A stretch of DNA of 64,000 nucleotides from Cenococcum geophilum (taxonomy: Eukaryota): positions 2,046,001-2,110,000 of the forward strand of contig CP158635.1 in NCBI GenBank assembly GCA_050273025.1, read 5' to 3'. Made by a program: the position numbers and the translations under genes. The notes under the pieces are model-generated. The model was not told the DNA's origin. It made no database searches and saw only the letters and a list, made by a program, of their open reading frames with translations. Below, piece by piece: positions 1-13,590 of the stretch (position 1 is the stretch's first letter; each line of letters opens with the position of its first letter).

Positions 1-460
1 TATAGCTTTATCCGCCTATTACGCACCTAATCCACCCATTACACACCTAATCCACCTACGAGCCTTTATTTATTTAGCACGTCCATCTGCCTAGCATTCT
101 TATTTAGTATTCTGCTTATAGGGGGTGATATATTTTTATTTAGGACGGAGGAAATTACGCATACGGTGAACTAAGAAAGACGTTAGTTATAGGTATTATA
201 CGTATTTAAGAGATCCTAAAAACTAGAACAACGTAAAATGCCAAACTAAGGCTATATGCCAATTCACCTGCATATATCGCGAATATGCAGTAGGAAGAGG
301 ATAACCTAGAAACATGGCTTTAAAGCTTAGACGGACGTAGATTAATGCTGCGGCATAGTTAAGGAATAAGGTGATAACCTGTCATAGATAGGCTAGTAAA
401 GCCATCCAAGTATTACAAAGCAGTATTAAACTATCTTCGGGTAAACTCTTTAAAGAGTAT

Positions 461-762
461 CCCATGCGCCGTTAAGGCGTACGCCAAAAGAGGCCTATGC
501 GCGAACACTAAAATATTAACACGCTCCTCCGAGGACTTAATTCGGCTGTGCTTTATACAATATACCCCTTTATAAAGAAGGACCTTGCTAGCCTAATTAG
601 CATACAATAGAATCAATTATATATAAATTTTAAGCTTTATTATAACGATTTAGAGCCTTAATTCGCTGATTAAATTTACGACTTTATTTCGCCAAGACTT
701 AATTCAATCTAGTGACTCTAGTTGGTTTGCTTGTGCGTACGCCTTTTTTAACGGCGTATAGG
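461..762. mobile_element. small non-autonomous TIR element with piggyBac-like CCC...GGG ends
   Basis: Left TAT-CCCATGCGCCGTTAAGGCGTACGC. Right end reverse-complements to TAT-CCTATACGCCGTTAAAAAAGGCGTACGC (differences are RIP-type transitions plus an A-run). Same TAT|CCC..GGG|ATA end layout as the piggyBac at 47667-49938. Confidence 0.55.
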
Positions 763-2899
763 ATAGCACCACTATTACCTAGTCCTGTTTTCGCCGCGTC
801 TCGCTTCTTATTGAATTCCCTAAAGAAATTAGATAAACGAAGCGCATTTAATTTCTTTATTTATCTAGTTTACTAAGGGGAACGAGAGTAATAATCGCAT
901 TGACTCGTATAAACCATTACCTGTATAGATTGTGACTATTATATAACCCCACTTTTATGTAAGTAAGCACGGATAAAATGTACGTCCCCTGCTTTATCCC
1001 TGCTGATCCCTTATTCGTAACTTGTTTAGTAAAAAGCCCAGCGCATAACAAATGCAACGCGTATATTACGGCACAGCTTTTATAGAGCAGAAAGCCGAAG
1101 AGCCCATAATGATAAGAAATCTAAAGCACAATCTTACCTCTACCAACCCGCAACCGAGCGCGAGCGTTAACTACGGCACAGCTTTATAGAGCAGGGGGCC
1201 CAGGAACTTGACTTTTCTCTTAGAATTTCTAGACCACTTTTACGATTTTTGCGGGTGAGCTGCATAAATTCTCTATTAAATGACGTTTATTCTTTAAAAA
1301 AAAAATTCTTTATTAAACACGCCAAAAACTCCAAACCGCCGTCCTCTGGTAATCTATTCCTAAGCTCTTGTTAAACTATTAATCACTTAAGGAGTAGCTA
1401 CCGAATATATAAGGCACGCTCCACACTTAACCAGCTATCGTCAGTTCTACCAACGTTTTAATTTACGGAATGGCTTTCCAAAAATCGCCTACGGAGGGTA
1501 ATATGCCTACGCATACCGCCGATGCTAGAGAAGTCAATACATACAGCTTCTTATACTGCTTTATTAGTGGAAATGGTATAGCATCTAGCCAAACCTCTAA
1601 CACTTAATATCCAGATTTATATACCTCCACTCTATTTATAGAGGGCCTAGAGGATATATTAGCGCTTAAAAAGGTATATATGCCTCTTAGAAGTATTCTA
1701 CTTATTTAACAGAATGGTAACTATAGGAGGAAAGGGTAGCCTTAGAGCAAAGGGTAAAGGTACTAGAGGGTAAGTAGGAGAAGCTTATAGAATTAGAAGT
1801 ACGCATATCCCTATAGGCCATTTTAAATTTGGCTAATAAAGTACACCTATAGAAACGGAATAGAGTTTTATGGCTAAGAGTTAATACAATAGAGTCTGTC
1901 TTTAAAAATGTAATTAAGTTGGTGTTTAAGAAACATATTAAAGAGGATTAGGTATAAAATATTCCTCTAGCGATATAAACAGCCTAACATAAAATAATAG
2001 GTTGCTATAAGTCTCGCTAGACATTATCAGAGGTTGCTAGGTGGAGAAATAGTAAACCCTAGCGAATAGTAGCAATTAAAGCAGCTATTATCTTATGGAA
2101 TCGTAGAACTTAGGCTTTAATTTGCTTTAGCGAGTGGATGTTAAATAAGTAATCCATTAATATAACTATTTCTTACTTCCTAATGTCCCCTTAGCTCTTA
2201 TCTATAAAGGGAGGGAAAGACAACGTCTTACTACTACCCCTACTACCTACCCAGCCCTCACGCCTCGCCCGCTACCGTCCCATGCCCGCTAACACTATAG
2301 TTGGTAACGGCCAACCCGCAGCTACCGGCCAGTCCTTACGGCCTATTGCGGACGCTATAAACCCGACGCTAACGCCACAGGGCCTCACCGGATGCCTTGC
2401 TATATCTTGCGCTGTAAAGCCCCTTAGCTTTAGAGTGATAAACATCCTCTATAATAACTACAAGGCCCGCTACTAGATCAATAGGCGTATACCTTTATTA
2501 TAGCCTAACCGGCCAAGCTTTAAAGCCTACTGCAAACAAGGCGATAAGGGTTTTTGGGGTTAAATAGATGTAATTCTAGCAGGAAAGTTTTCAACCCGAT
2601 TTATTTATTTTCAATAGGATAAAATTTTTATAAGAAAGATGCGGATGGCCTAAGGGCAGCTTATAGCGAAACAAATAGCAGTACATTCCTTTTCTATAAA
2701 GAAAAAAATAAAGGGACCGTATTAAATTAAGAATAACAAATTCAAATTAGATCTAGGCTCTAAGGCCCTTATAGAAAACTTTCCCTGGTTACTGTTTCCA
2801 TCTATCCTAATAGTACTTTGTCGCTCTAGTTATAGGGGTAGGTCTAAACTATTATAACCGGGCTACCGCCGCTTTTAGCTATAACCTTATATATAATGC

Positions 2900-3975
2900 A
2901 AAACCTATATAAGATTTCCGGTTAGTATGCTACCTTAGTGTTTATAAAGGAGAAAAATAGGGCCTAAGATATACGCTGCAATAGGAACAAATGCTTAGTA
3001 GAACGACATATCTCTAATAATAAGTAATATAGTGGCAAAAGGAACAATGGCACTAGAAAGTGTAGTAAAATATAGTAATTATAGAAAGATAACCAAGAAT
3101 AGATAGCGCATAATTCGGATTAAATAAACAATTCTAGTATTGTCTATTAGATTAATAATTGTATTATTAAACCTTGCTGTCTATTCCGCCGTTAATAAGA
3201 TACGCTACTTTAATCAGTACATTTAGGCTTAAGGATATAGTAAGAATACCTTTAGAAACGGAGATCGGCAGGCCGAATAACCTAACAGCGCGTAAAGCTA
3301 TAAATCCCGCCAAGTACTAAGTATAAACAGGTTAAACATAGGAGCCGTATAACATTCAAAAAACGCTTCCGTAACCTCTTTGTCGTTATAAAAGAGATTA
3401 AAAAAGCTGTATATATCTCGACCATTGGGCCTAGGGATGCTAAGTATTTATTAGGTAAGAGCCACCCTTATACCTAGATATATTAGCTACCGTTTATAGC
3501 CATAAGTTTATATTTAGGTTAATTTACTATAGTCCTGAAGCGCACTGTCCAAGGTAATTAAGAGTTTATTTCGTTCCTTATTATAAAAGGATATAACATC
3601 GCCTATGCGCTCCCTATTATAATCATTTAGTGCTTTTTTTGCCTCGCTAACCTTGCACTAGTAACACAAAAGGACTTGTATTAATTCTGGTGCGAACTGC
3701 CAAAAGATTATAAACTGCGGCTCTAAAGATATAGTTGCTGCTACCTTTAGAATGCCATTAACGTGGTTATTAACTAAACGTTAATCAATAGTAGGTATAG
3801 ATGGCTTAGCCTAAAACTACCCACTTCTATTAAACCGCATCTTTTAATAGCGGCTATCCCCGTTGTTATATAGATAAGAGAGTAGATAAAAAAAAATGCG
3901 TTTAAGAAGTAATGGCCTAGGTTTAGGGTTAATATTTATAATCGGAATAGTGTCGTCAAATTTAACAAACATTAT
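2900..3975 (-). pseudogene. RIP-degraded DUF6594-like membrane protein gene
   Basis: Minus-strand translation FIIFWQFAPELIQVLLCY*CKVSEAKKALNDY...ERNKLLITLDSALQDYSKL...RPNGRDIYSFFNLF followed by hydrophobic helices. Resembles the IFRRF..L..L..Q..L....L...LKEY...RPS.RD pattern of DUF6594. Boundaries approximate. Confidence 0.55.
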
Positions 3976-5576
3976 CTTAACATTCACAATCCTTAAATCA
4001 CTTTAAGTAATTAGTTAATAGAGAAGTATACAATATATATATGCAGCCCTAACGGTAACCGAGGGCCTTTATTAACAAATTCTATGCACTAGCAGTGGCC
4101 GTATATAGAATAGTCGCGACGCAAGATTGGGGATTTTAAGGGGCTCTGAAAATAACTAATCGGGCCTTGTTATTAAACGCGCGTGTTAATTATACAGCTA
4201 TAGGTTTTTGGGCGTATACAATGCTAAAGCATTAGCACGTCCTATTTGGTGTCTGGCCATACAATATATACGCTTTTAGCTTTAGCAAATCAGTTAACCA
4301 AGCGGGTTGACCGGAAATTCCCTTACTAATAACGCACCCATCCACAGCAGCCCTTTTGTTTTATAAGTTTAGTGCTAAGCCATCTAATCCTTACTTCTCT
4401 ATTGCAGCCCGCGTGCTATACCCCACCAATATAGTTAATATAGTCCTGCATCGCCACCCAATTTACTCTTTATTTAAATTAAGTCTACTAACGCGCTATA
4501 ATCGTATAAGGGGGTCTTATATACTCTTTCACTGAAGCTAGTTAACAGGCATTACATTACCGACGGAGACGTTTACCGACAATACCTAAAGTAAGGCTCA
4601 GCTTGCAGCCTAGTAAGTATAAATTGAAATATAGCGCCCTAATGCAAGAGGGTATCTAGGTAACGTCTTAGCTAATCCCTTAACATTAAGCGGAGTTAAC
4701 CGCGTAACCTAGTTATAAAGATAGGGCTTTATCCATTATAAGGCACCTAAGAGAATTTAGTTAAGAAAATAAATATAATATTTGCAGTCTATCTAATAGA
4801 TCTAGCAATGCCAGTTTTAAAGGGGAAGGGATAAATAATAGGTCACAGGTGGCGTTAAAGTGCCCAGTGAGATTTTAGAATAGTATATCGCCCACAGACT
4901 ACTAGGTTGCCATAAGTATTCGCCCTATTTCACTCTGTACTATACCCGTTCACTACTTCCTTCCTTTATATCTTAATCCAACCGCTACGTCTTACGTCTG
5001 CATTCATCCCTACTACATTTATTAGAGTTAAAACTCCGTCTGTTTAGATTCAGCAAGCCGATATTAGATAGTAGTAGGCGTATATAAAAGGGCAACGCGT
5101 TCTAGGGTTCTATTAGAGGCTCCAAAGTCTTATTTTAAAAGACAGAGCTCTTATTTTAAATTGTCTGGTCAATATATAGTATATAGTATAATATTATTTT
5201 AAATAATATTTATTAATATAAGGCACGAGGTAGACAGGGAGTCTAATTAACAGAATAATAGGATATATTAGTAGGTTGCAAGAAACCAAGAGACGAATCC
5301 TTAAGGAAAGGGGGCGTCTCGGTGCGAGGGCGTGGAAGAGATCTCCTAGGTCATGTACGCAGCACGTAGCTCGTATGCAAATAATATACGCCTCGCAGCT
5401 ATATACTATACTAGCACCTAACAGAAATAAAGAAAAATTTTATTAAATTAATTTATAACGACTATACTACCTGCTAGTTTCTCTACTTGCCTTCTTATTA
5501 AGTACTTCTATTATATTTCCCTTACTTTTCTTACTTACCTTTTATTCTTTGTTCGCTAGTTAGGGGGATAATAGTT

Positions 5577-8500
5577 CTAGGTAAAGTAGCTTATCAGTTG
5601 TATATCTTCTAAGACCTCTAGCCGATCTAAAGAGAATCCCTAATAGGCGATTTAGCATTATTTGGAATCATCTAATAGGGGATAATTACTTCTCTGTCCT
5701 TAAGCCATGTATCTTATCTCTTCTCCTTAAAGACCGCTAAAATTTCCTTTACGCTATTGTCCACTAGCCCTAAACCTGAGCGCGAGGTCTCTATAAGTGT
5801 AACTAATACTTCCCATTGCTATAATGCTAGGGCTGTCTAGTACGGGAATGCTAGTAGTAAAGCACTAAGGCCGAGTACTGCGCCATAAATTTGCCATTGT
5901 TGTTAATAGTTCTTTTTCAACATTACTATATATAATTGCCGCCGATAGTCAATACCAAACACTATAGGTAAGGCCCTAATCATACTAGTGAGCGTATTGG
6001 CGGCCTTAGCTCGGACTTCCGGCTGCTTATTAAAAATCATATTGTCGACATATTTAATAAGGTCCCACCGCTGATTGTCCAACATAAGGAACAGGTTGTA
6101 GTAGTTAAAAATATCTATAAACTGTAGAATGAGAGACCGGTAACGCTAAGATTCTACCTTAGCTCCCACGCAGATTAAAATAGAGACAAATGGTCTAACT
6201 TTATCTATGCGGAAAGGGACATTGGAAAGCTTGTTAAGGATTTCTTCTACTAGGAGTTTAGTCTCTTTGTTAATAGCGACTATAAAGAGGATAAGCTTAA
6301 TAAGCCTCTCGTACGGGAAATTAAGCAGCTAAGTATAACTGTAAGATAACAGACAGGTATCCCACTATATTAAAAGGGTACGCATAGCCCAGACGTAAGA
6401 ATCTTGGTCGTGCTTCTACCATATATTAAGTCGGCGAAGGACCTCAGCGTTTATTATAGATTCCTTATCCGTTAACTAATATGGTCGGATACTAACTAAA
6501 GAATATTTCATCTATGCGTTAATAAGATGGTCAACATCCTTATATAACTTGCTAATTGTTATTATACGGGCTAGCGCTATACCTGTTGCTAAACGGACAG
6601 CATTATACGGATAATTAAAATGCTCTATAAAGCCTTATAAAATCTCCTGCTTTTCTAGATATCGTGGACTAGTATAGTAAATAATTAAGCCTAGCAGACT
6701 GATCTAAAGGGAATCTCAAGATGCTGTATTAGATTCCATACTAATATGAAACGTAGGTTCAATAAGTGGCCAGAATTATCTTAGGTCGTTATCTTTTATT
6801 ATATGCCTTAAAAACTTCTCCTAATTCTTATTGGCTAACCGCTCTTATAAAACCGTTCTAGCCTTAGGTAAGATGGATTTCCAAAACGTCTTTAGTATAT
6901 ATAGGGCTAAAACCATAGAAAGAAGGAACAACGCAGTTATAGCTTCTACAGCGACCCCGTAGTAGTTTTTATCACTATACGCTTTAAAAATACTCTCTAC
7001 GAATTTTTAAATATTTGCAAAGTTAGACCTAGTCAAGAAAAGCCGACACATATAATAAATTAACATATAATGCGACTCTTGGAATTCATAATCTAGTTCT
7101 ATCTTTATAAACTCTAATTGCTTTAATAGCCATTCTTAATCCAATCGCTGCGCAATGCGGGAGAGTACCTTCTCCTCAAGGTCGTTATATGTGACTTCTA
7201 TAGTAATAAGCCGTGCTACCTACGGAGATTTACTCCGTACTATCGTTCGAGGGTCTTTATCCGTATAGTATTTTTCAATAGAAGTCTTAGACCCTAAATC
7301 CGACTTATAACCGGAGTTAGTCTAAGGGTTTTTATTAGGGTCTAAGACAACGTCTTAAAGATAATTATCGTATTTACATTCGGTAAAGATTCGTATATCC
7401 ACCAACTTAAAGATCTTATATATAACCTGTCGAGAAATGCGACGAAGGTCCAAATAAGAATCTATAAAGGCTTCTATAATTATATTAATAAACGCTTTAA
7501 AAGCAATTAAACCGTAGGCAACTTTGAGGTTTTCTATAATCTTTATAATTAGACACTGTTTTATCTTCTAGTGAGATTCCTTAGTTAATTAGATAAGATC
7601 CCTTAATAACTTCACTTTCTCGCTCGCTATAAAGTCACTTCTTGCCTAAATTTGGGCCTTGACTTTCTCTGGGATAATGGCCTCTCCGAAGTTATACTAG
7701 TGAATAACCACGCATTCCCAAGGTCTAACAATATCTATAATTTACCATTCCTTATCTCTTAAAAAATTCTGCATAGAATCGTTCTTAATTTGAGTAGCCT
7801 CGACGTAGGCTTTTATGGCACGTGGAATATATCCCCAATGCTAGGAAATTTTGGACCGTATACAGCTAGATAATAAATAGGTTATTACGCCTTCAATACT
7901 TATAGGATTTTCCCCCTCTACTACTCGTGTAAATGCGTCTAGAAGTAGTGGAATAACAAGTAATACGGTCCTTGGAAATTGGCCCACTACCTAATTAAGT
8001 ACATTCCCTATGCTTTGGCGAACTTCCTTATAAGCAGACAAGCTTAAATTAATAAGGTTAAAAAGCAGTAGCTTAGTCAGCTTTAGTTCCTTTAAGGGCC
8101 TAGAGTATATATTATAGTCCAACCTCTAAAAATAATACAACTGTGCCCGCTCAATAAGTAGCGGCCTTAGATATTCCTTTTAGAGCCCTTTAAACTTAAA
8201 TAGAGTAAGCCAAGCTTCGAAAATCTTTAACCTTTTAGACATTTCGTCATTATAGGAACCCATTTAGGTAAACCATAACTTAGATGCATTATACAACGCC
8301 TTAAAGCATTGCGGTTTATCCTACTACTCTATAAATAGGAACTAGTGGGTCTTGTAAATAATTCTACCTATCTTATAGCGCAGCTTATAAACTAACTAGT
8401 AATTCTCTCCTCCTTAATCTAAGGGGTAACCCGACATATACTGGAAGGTTAGCTCCTTATCCTCCGTTTTAGCTAAATTGGTACCGTCTTCATCACTATC

Positions 8501-11242
8501 TATATTAATTCCGCCCCTCTAGTATAAGGCGTCACAGCCCATAGTAGGATTGCTATGGTTAGCCCTAGGATTAAAAAGGGTTGAAATCCCTAACATTACT
8601 AATTAAAGAAGGTAAAGGCATTAAGATACTTTGTCGGACCACTCTTTCCTAGTACCGTCTCGTTTAATTAATAGCGTAGGTCTAGTTAAATTAGCCAAAG
8701 AATTAATTACTATATTACACTGCGAGCTAAACAGTTTGGCCGCAAAGTTGATTTCCTTATCACTTAGCTTATGCCATATAATATGCTTTAAGTCGGCAGT
8801 TTTACCCTATGCTTACATTATAAGTTTATTCTTAAGTTCGTCCTTCTTATAGATTAAGTGATTGATAATATATATAGCTGTTAAATTATATAAAAGACGG
8901 CTGGTGATATTAAAGGCAATTATCTTAGGCCTCCCTTTACATTCTAGCTGCACGTACTTAATAATAGCGAACAGCTCTTTTTTCCAAGCAAGGACAGAGT
9001 CTCTAACTTCGGTTAAGGAATAACTAAGCAGATGCATAGTCCACACTAATGTGCAATCCCCTAGTAGTATCTCTATATCTACCGTTATACCAGCTCCGTA
9101 AATGTCGATTTCTCTGCAAATACTAGTAATAAGAAGGGGGAGCAATCGCTTTAGAGACTTTCCGGGGTTAACCTTTACAAATATATTACATAAAAAACCC
9201 ACTGCGGATCTTATTTGCTAAAAGCTAGTACTCGCTATAAATCCGGCAATTCTATCTAGCGCCATATTAAATAAATCCAGCGATAATGCTGTAAGAAACA
9301 CAGTAGATGCTCTTCTAAGCATATATAGCACCTTATTTTCCAAGTAATCGCTATATAAATGGAAACTGTTAGGCCTCTCTAACTTCTCCAAAAGGGCGAA
9401 GACCTAGTTAAATAGTAATGCGACAAATCCTAAAACTTTTGCGGTAGATAACTTTAGAATTACTTTTTCCTAATAGTCGTCTAACTCTTTCTTATAGTTA
9501 ATATTAATGTCGCCGCTTTCTAACTAGACGATCTAATTAGTTATCTACCGCTCAGCTAGGTATAAGTCGTGTTCCACTAGGGTATTTATATCATCTTCCT
9601 ATACTAGCTTATTATAACCCGCTATCTTCTCCTTTATTAGGTTGTGGAACGGTACTATATAGGATATAACTTCTATACAGGACAATATGTATAATGTCTT
9701 CTCCAGATCATTGGCGTTAATACCCAGAAGAATAAGCCTAAGGAGTGTTATAATGTAACACCTATAGCCTTTCGCCTTTGCTATAATGTTAAACAGTACG
9801 CTTAACGCTTGGATTAAGGGTATTGTTCTATAGACTTTAACTAGGCCCTAGATGGCTAGATATATCCACTAAAGGGCTTTAGGCAGGATTAAGTCCTAGT
9901 TAAAAAAGGCCAGGAGTCAAAGAGTTAATATAGTAAGTTCCATAGTAGAAGGTATCTTAGCGAAAATTCCTATAAACACGGCCTCCCGTAAGCATAGTAC
10001 GAATCAACACTTAAGAGCATTATTAAGTCTCCTCTTATCTAATACCTCCATTTTACCACTTCGCTCTTAATTCTAGCGTAAGATAAATATATCAGCTAAA
10101 TGGAAGACTAGTTATAATAAGGTTAGAGTCTAGTCGCCAGAATTTAATAGATGGAAGTATATCTTAACGGCTTATAAGAGGTTTTCTAGCTTTAATAAAA
10201 CTAAGTCTAAATAGACTAAACAGGCGGGAGATAAGGACATTATAATTAATTAAGCGACATTCTAGGCAGTAGGAGGGCTTTCGGTATTAGATTTAAGTTA
10301 CGCCCTTACTCTCTAAGAATGTTCTCTAACTTATTGGTAAGTAGAGTTTGAGTTTTTATCAGGTATATTAAGAAGCCGTAAAATAGCAGTGAAAATAAGC
10401 GCAGATTGTTAATTGGTAAAGACACTATACTCTAAGAACGGGATATATCTTGCGAGTAAAGAGTCTTTAGTAAGCCTAGAAAATAGATTAATAAAATTCT
10501 TATTAGCAAACTATAAGCAAGCAACCTAGGACTAAGCATTAAAGAGAGTTAGTAGGTAGCATTATTGCTTTTTAGCAGTCTACTCTATAGGGACTATTAG
10601 GAATAACAGATTAAGTAACGCAATTACTATATATATATGCTCTGGGTTAACAATGCTAAAGTAAGGCAGAAACTCCTTAAATATGGCGGGAATCTGTTCC
10701 GGATTAAAGTAAAGATAAGCGGACTTATAAACTTAGATCAATAAGCCGGTAAGACGGTCTATGTTTTTAAAATAAACGGTTCTAGATTTATTAGGCAGGA
10801 ACTCGGCCTTAAGTTCTTTAACAGCGCGTCTCCAATTAAGTATTAGGACTTTCCTATACTAAAGGCGGTATTTCCAACTATAAGTAGTATATTAGCGAAT
10901 AAAATGTTAAACTAGGAGAAACAATTAAGAAAGCCATTACTTTGCTAGAGTTATAAACATATTTTGAAAATTTCTTATATATTCTATATTTAACCCTTAT
11001 ACTAACCCTAGCTTAAAACAGAGTCTTATAAGCTTTAAATAAGTATCGCGAGGAAGTTTAAATTTTAGGTATAGTAAGTTTGAAATACACGTTAGTAAAG
11101 AGTCTGCGCGACAATACTATTTTATAGCCACCGCGATATAGAGTTTCCCTACGCAACTCTCTAGAGCCCTTACTCCATCCACTTTATCCTCGGTTTAATA
11201 GGGAAGATTCTTAAAATAGTTAAAGCTGCGTTATCGATCCAT
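5577..11242 (-). pseudogene. BLM10: RIP-inactivated, divergent proteasome activator Blm10/PA200 (PSME4) paralogue, apparently full length
   Basis: Collinear Blm10 motifs. N-terminus: RSFNYFKNLPY*TED...KLYIAV...LKFKLPRD. Middle: GFLCNIFVKVNPGKSLKRLLPLLITSICREID...KKELFAIIKYVQLECKGRP...IIWHKLSDKEINFAAKLFSSQ...KEWSDKVS. C-terminus: QPEVRAKAANTLTSMIR...GAVLGLSALLLAFPY...KEILAVFKEKR*DTW, then an intron and LEVLEDIQLISYFT* (stop 5577-5579). Many in-frame stops and at least one frameshift. Confidence 0.9.
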
Positions 11243-12189
11243 TTGGGCAAAAAGTGTAATAGAGATTAATTTAATGCTGAACGTAAATACGTAAAAACGG
11301 TTTTTCTAATAGAGTATCGAGCTAAATAAAGGCGAAATTTTGGTTTAGAACGTCGCTACTAAAATATCGGCTTGATGTTGTGGATCCAATAGCGAGGTAT
11401 AGATTGCGGTGTGCATTAGCTAAGCTAGCTTAGGGTATATATATATGGTGGTGACGAAGGCGTGTCAATGCCTTACTAATGCTGGTGCTGTGGGTGACTA
11501 AGACCGGTAAATGCCTATCTTAGAGGCATTAAAGCCTAAATTGAAGGCGGGTGTGCCGTAGATATATATATAGAGGTTGCGAACTAGTATAATAGGAAGC
11601 CCCTATAGGGCAAACATCGCCTCGCCTCTAGCTATACTTTAGACACTTATAGAATATAGGGCCAGTATTAGTGTTATAGGTAGTAAAGATTAATAAAGGT
11701 TAAAAATGATGTTTAAGGCTTAAATTGGGATTTCTAGACGGTATAAGATGAGAAGACGCTACGAATATATCTTAGAGTAGGGCGTAAATTAGGAGGCGCT
11801 AAATATAAGGGAGTGAGCCGTATATACATCTGTGGAGGTTTTTAGGCGCTAGGAAGTTTAGGGAGAATTTATATATGCGACTGCGGAGGGCGAGATATTA
11901 GCATATCTATTCTAAATAGAGAGGCTAGTCGTAGAGCTGCTTGCCTATAAGTATTGCCTTTAGAATTAAATAAGAATTGGTAAGCGGAATTGGTATAGCT
12001 ACATATTTATTGTCTAGAGGCGCTACGCACGACGGAGGCCGGTTAAAGGTCGCGTGTAGTATACTATCTAGGGTCTTATTAGGATATGCGCTAGCGGGAA
12101 ATGCGTAAACGGGAAAGGGAAGGGGCGCCGCCTATATATCCGCGTGGAGATGTTAGGTATCTATTTATAAAGTAATATACGACTTATAT

Positions 12190-12990
12190 ATTGGTTATAG
12201 CAGTATATATAAAAGAGGCCGGTGAAAGGGTTTGCGGTATAACGTTTCTTATTAGAGTGACGGGAATGAGGTTTATAATAGGCATAAGTGACAGCCTTAA
12301 GACGTCTAAATATTACGTGCCTATGCTGAGGGGCACTGCCCAGACCGAAATCAGCCCCACTATAATCACTTTTTATTACCCGCTGTTTAACACATCTATA
12401 TCCCGTATTTGCGTCTTGCTTATTATAGGCACCACTATAACCACACTAAAGATACTTCGTAGTATAGAGAGCCAAGATACGGATAGCTTGCGCAAACAAC
12501 TAGCAATATAGGGCGAATATTATTCCTTACGCAACTTTCTAGAGCCTCTCTATATACTAGGCACCCCTCTAAAAACAGAGAAGATTATTTCTACGTACCT
12601 AGAGGTACTGTTAACATTTATAATATATGATTTATGTTAATAAATAAGAACCAGAAAGCTAAAGAACACGCCGCTACTATACTTAACACTACCTCCAACA
12701 AGCTCTTATTTAAAAATTCGTTCCTAGCAGTATATATAAAACTAGAAAAACCTGGCCCCGGCGTACGCGGATCAGTAAATACGGCTATAGTGATATTAGC
12801 ACTTAGCAATTTAGATCGGGATAACGGGTTTCCGCTATTTCAAGTCTTAAGGGAAAGAAATTTCCAGCCCTTTTAGCTTAAGAGCGGTAATATACTAGCT
12901 GCGCCGGAGGATATACTTTAGTACTTTAAAGGTAAGGAAGGCGGGCTCGCGTATATATCCACATAGCTTTGTTGAAATACTATCTTATAG
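12190..12990 (+). pseudogene. RIP-degraded gene, weak resemblance to PhyH/2OG-oxygenase-like beta fold
   Basis: Fragments TAIVILALSNLDRDNGFPLF...FQPF*LKSGNILAAP...GGL resemble the 'ialddlt.enG...velkaGd' pattern. No catalytic residues confirmed. Confidence 0.25.
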
Positions 12991-13266
12991 GTAACTATAG
13001 AAGGGTAAGGAGAACGTAAGGGTTATGTATAGTTAAAAGCCGGAATACTATTGAAATTTAAGGAAGATATCACGCCTAGGGTGCTAGAATTTGCTAAGGC
13101 TTGCGGGTTAAAGCTATTGTTATACCCTATAGAGAAAGCGGTAGAAGAGGAATTGATATAGCTATTTATTGCTAATCTACTATTCTCGTAAGAGGTAGGC
13201 AGGGCGCCATTTATCAATCCAGTATCCGGCAGCCCTCGGTGTTGGCCTTAATAGATAGGACTTAAA

Positions 13267-13590
13267 GGGTCTAAGGCGGGTGGGGGGTTTAGATAGTTAT
13301 ATAGCCCGCCCTTATAGAGTTTATTAAGAGTAGAAGGATCCTAGGCGGGTAGCGGGTTTAGGTAGTTATATAGCCCGCCCTTATAGAATTCGTTAAGAGC
13401 AGAAGGATCCAAGGCGGGTAGCGGGTTTAGGTGGTTGTATGGCCCACCCTTATAGAATTTATAGAGAGTAGGAGGATCCTAGGCGGGTAGTGGGTTTAGG
13501 TGGTTATATGGCCCGCCCTTATAGAATTTATGGAGAGTAGAAGGATCCTAGGCGGGTAGCGGGTTTAAGTAATTATATAGCCCACCCTAC
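13267..13590. repeat. 69-bp tandem repeat, about 4.7 copies (23 aa, approx. GGPYNHLNPLPAWDPSALxEFxE on the minus strand after undoing RIP)
   Basis: GG(A/G)TC(C/T) anchor at 13267, 13336, 13405, 13474, 13543. Confidence 0.95.

Noticed and set aside
13267..13590. CRISPR-like array
   Set aside because: Units are contiguous with no unique spacers, in a eukaryotic coding context.
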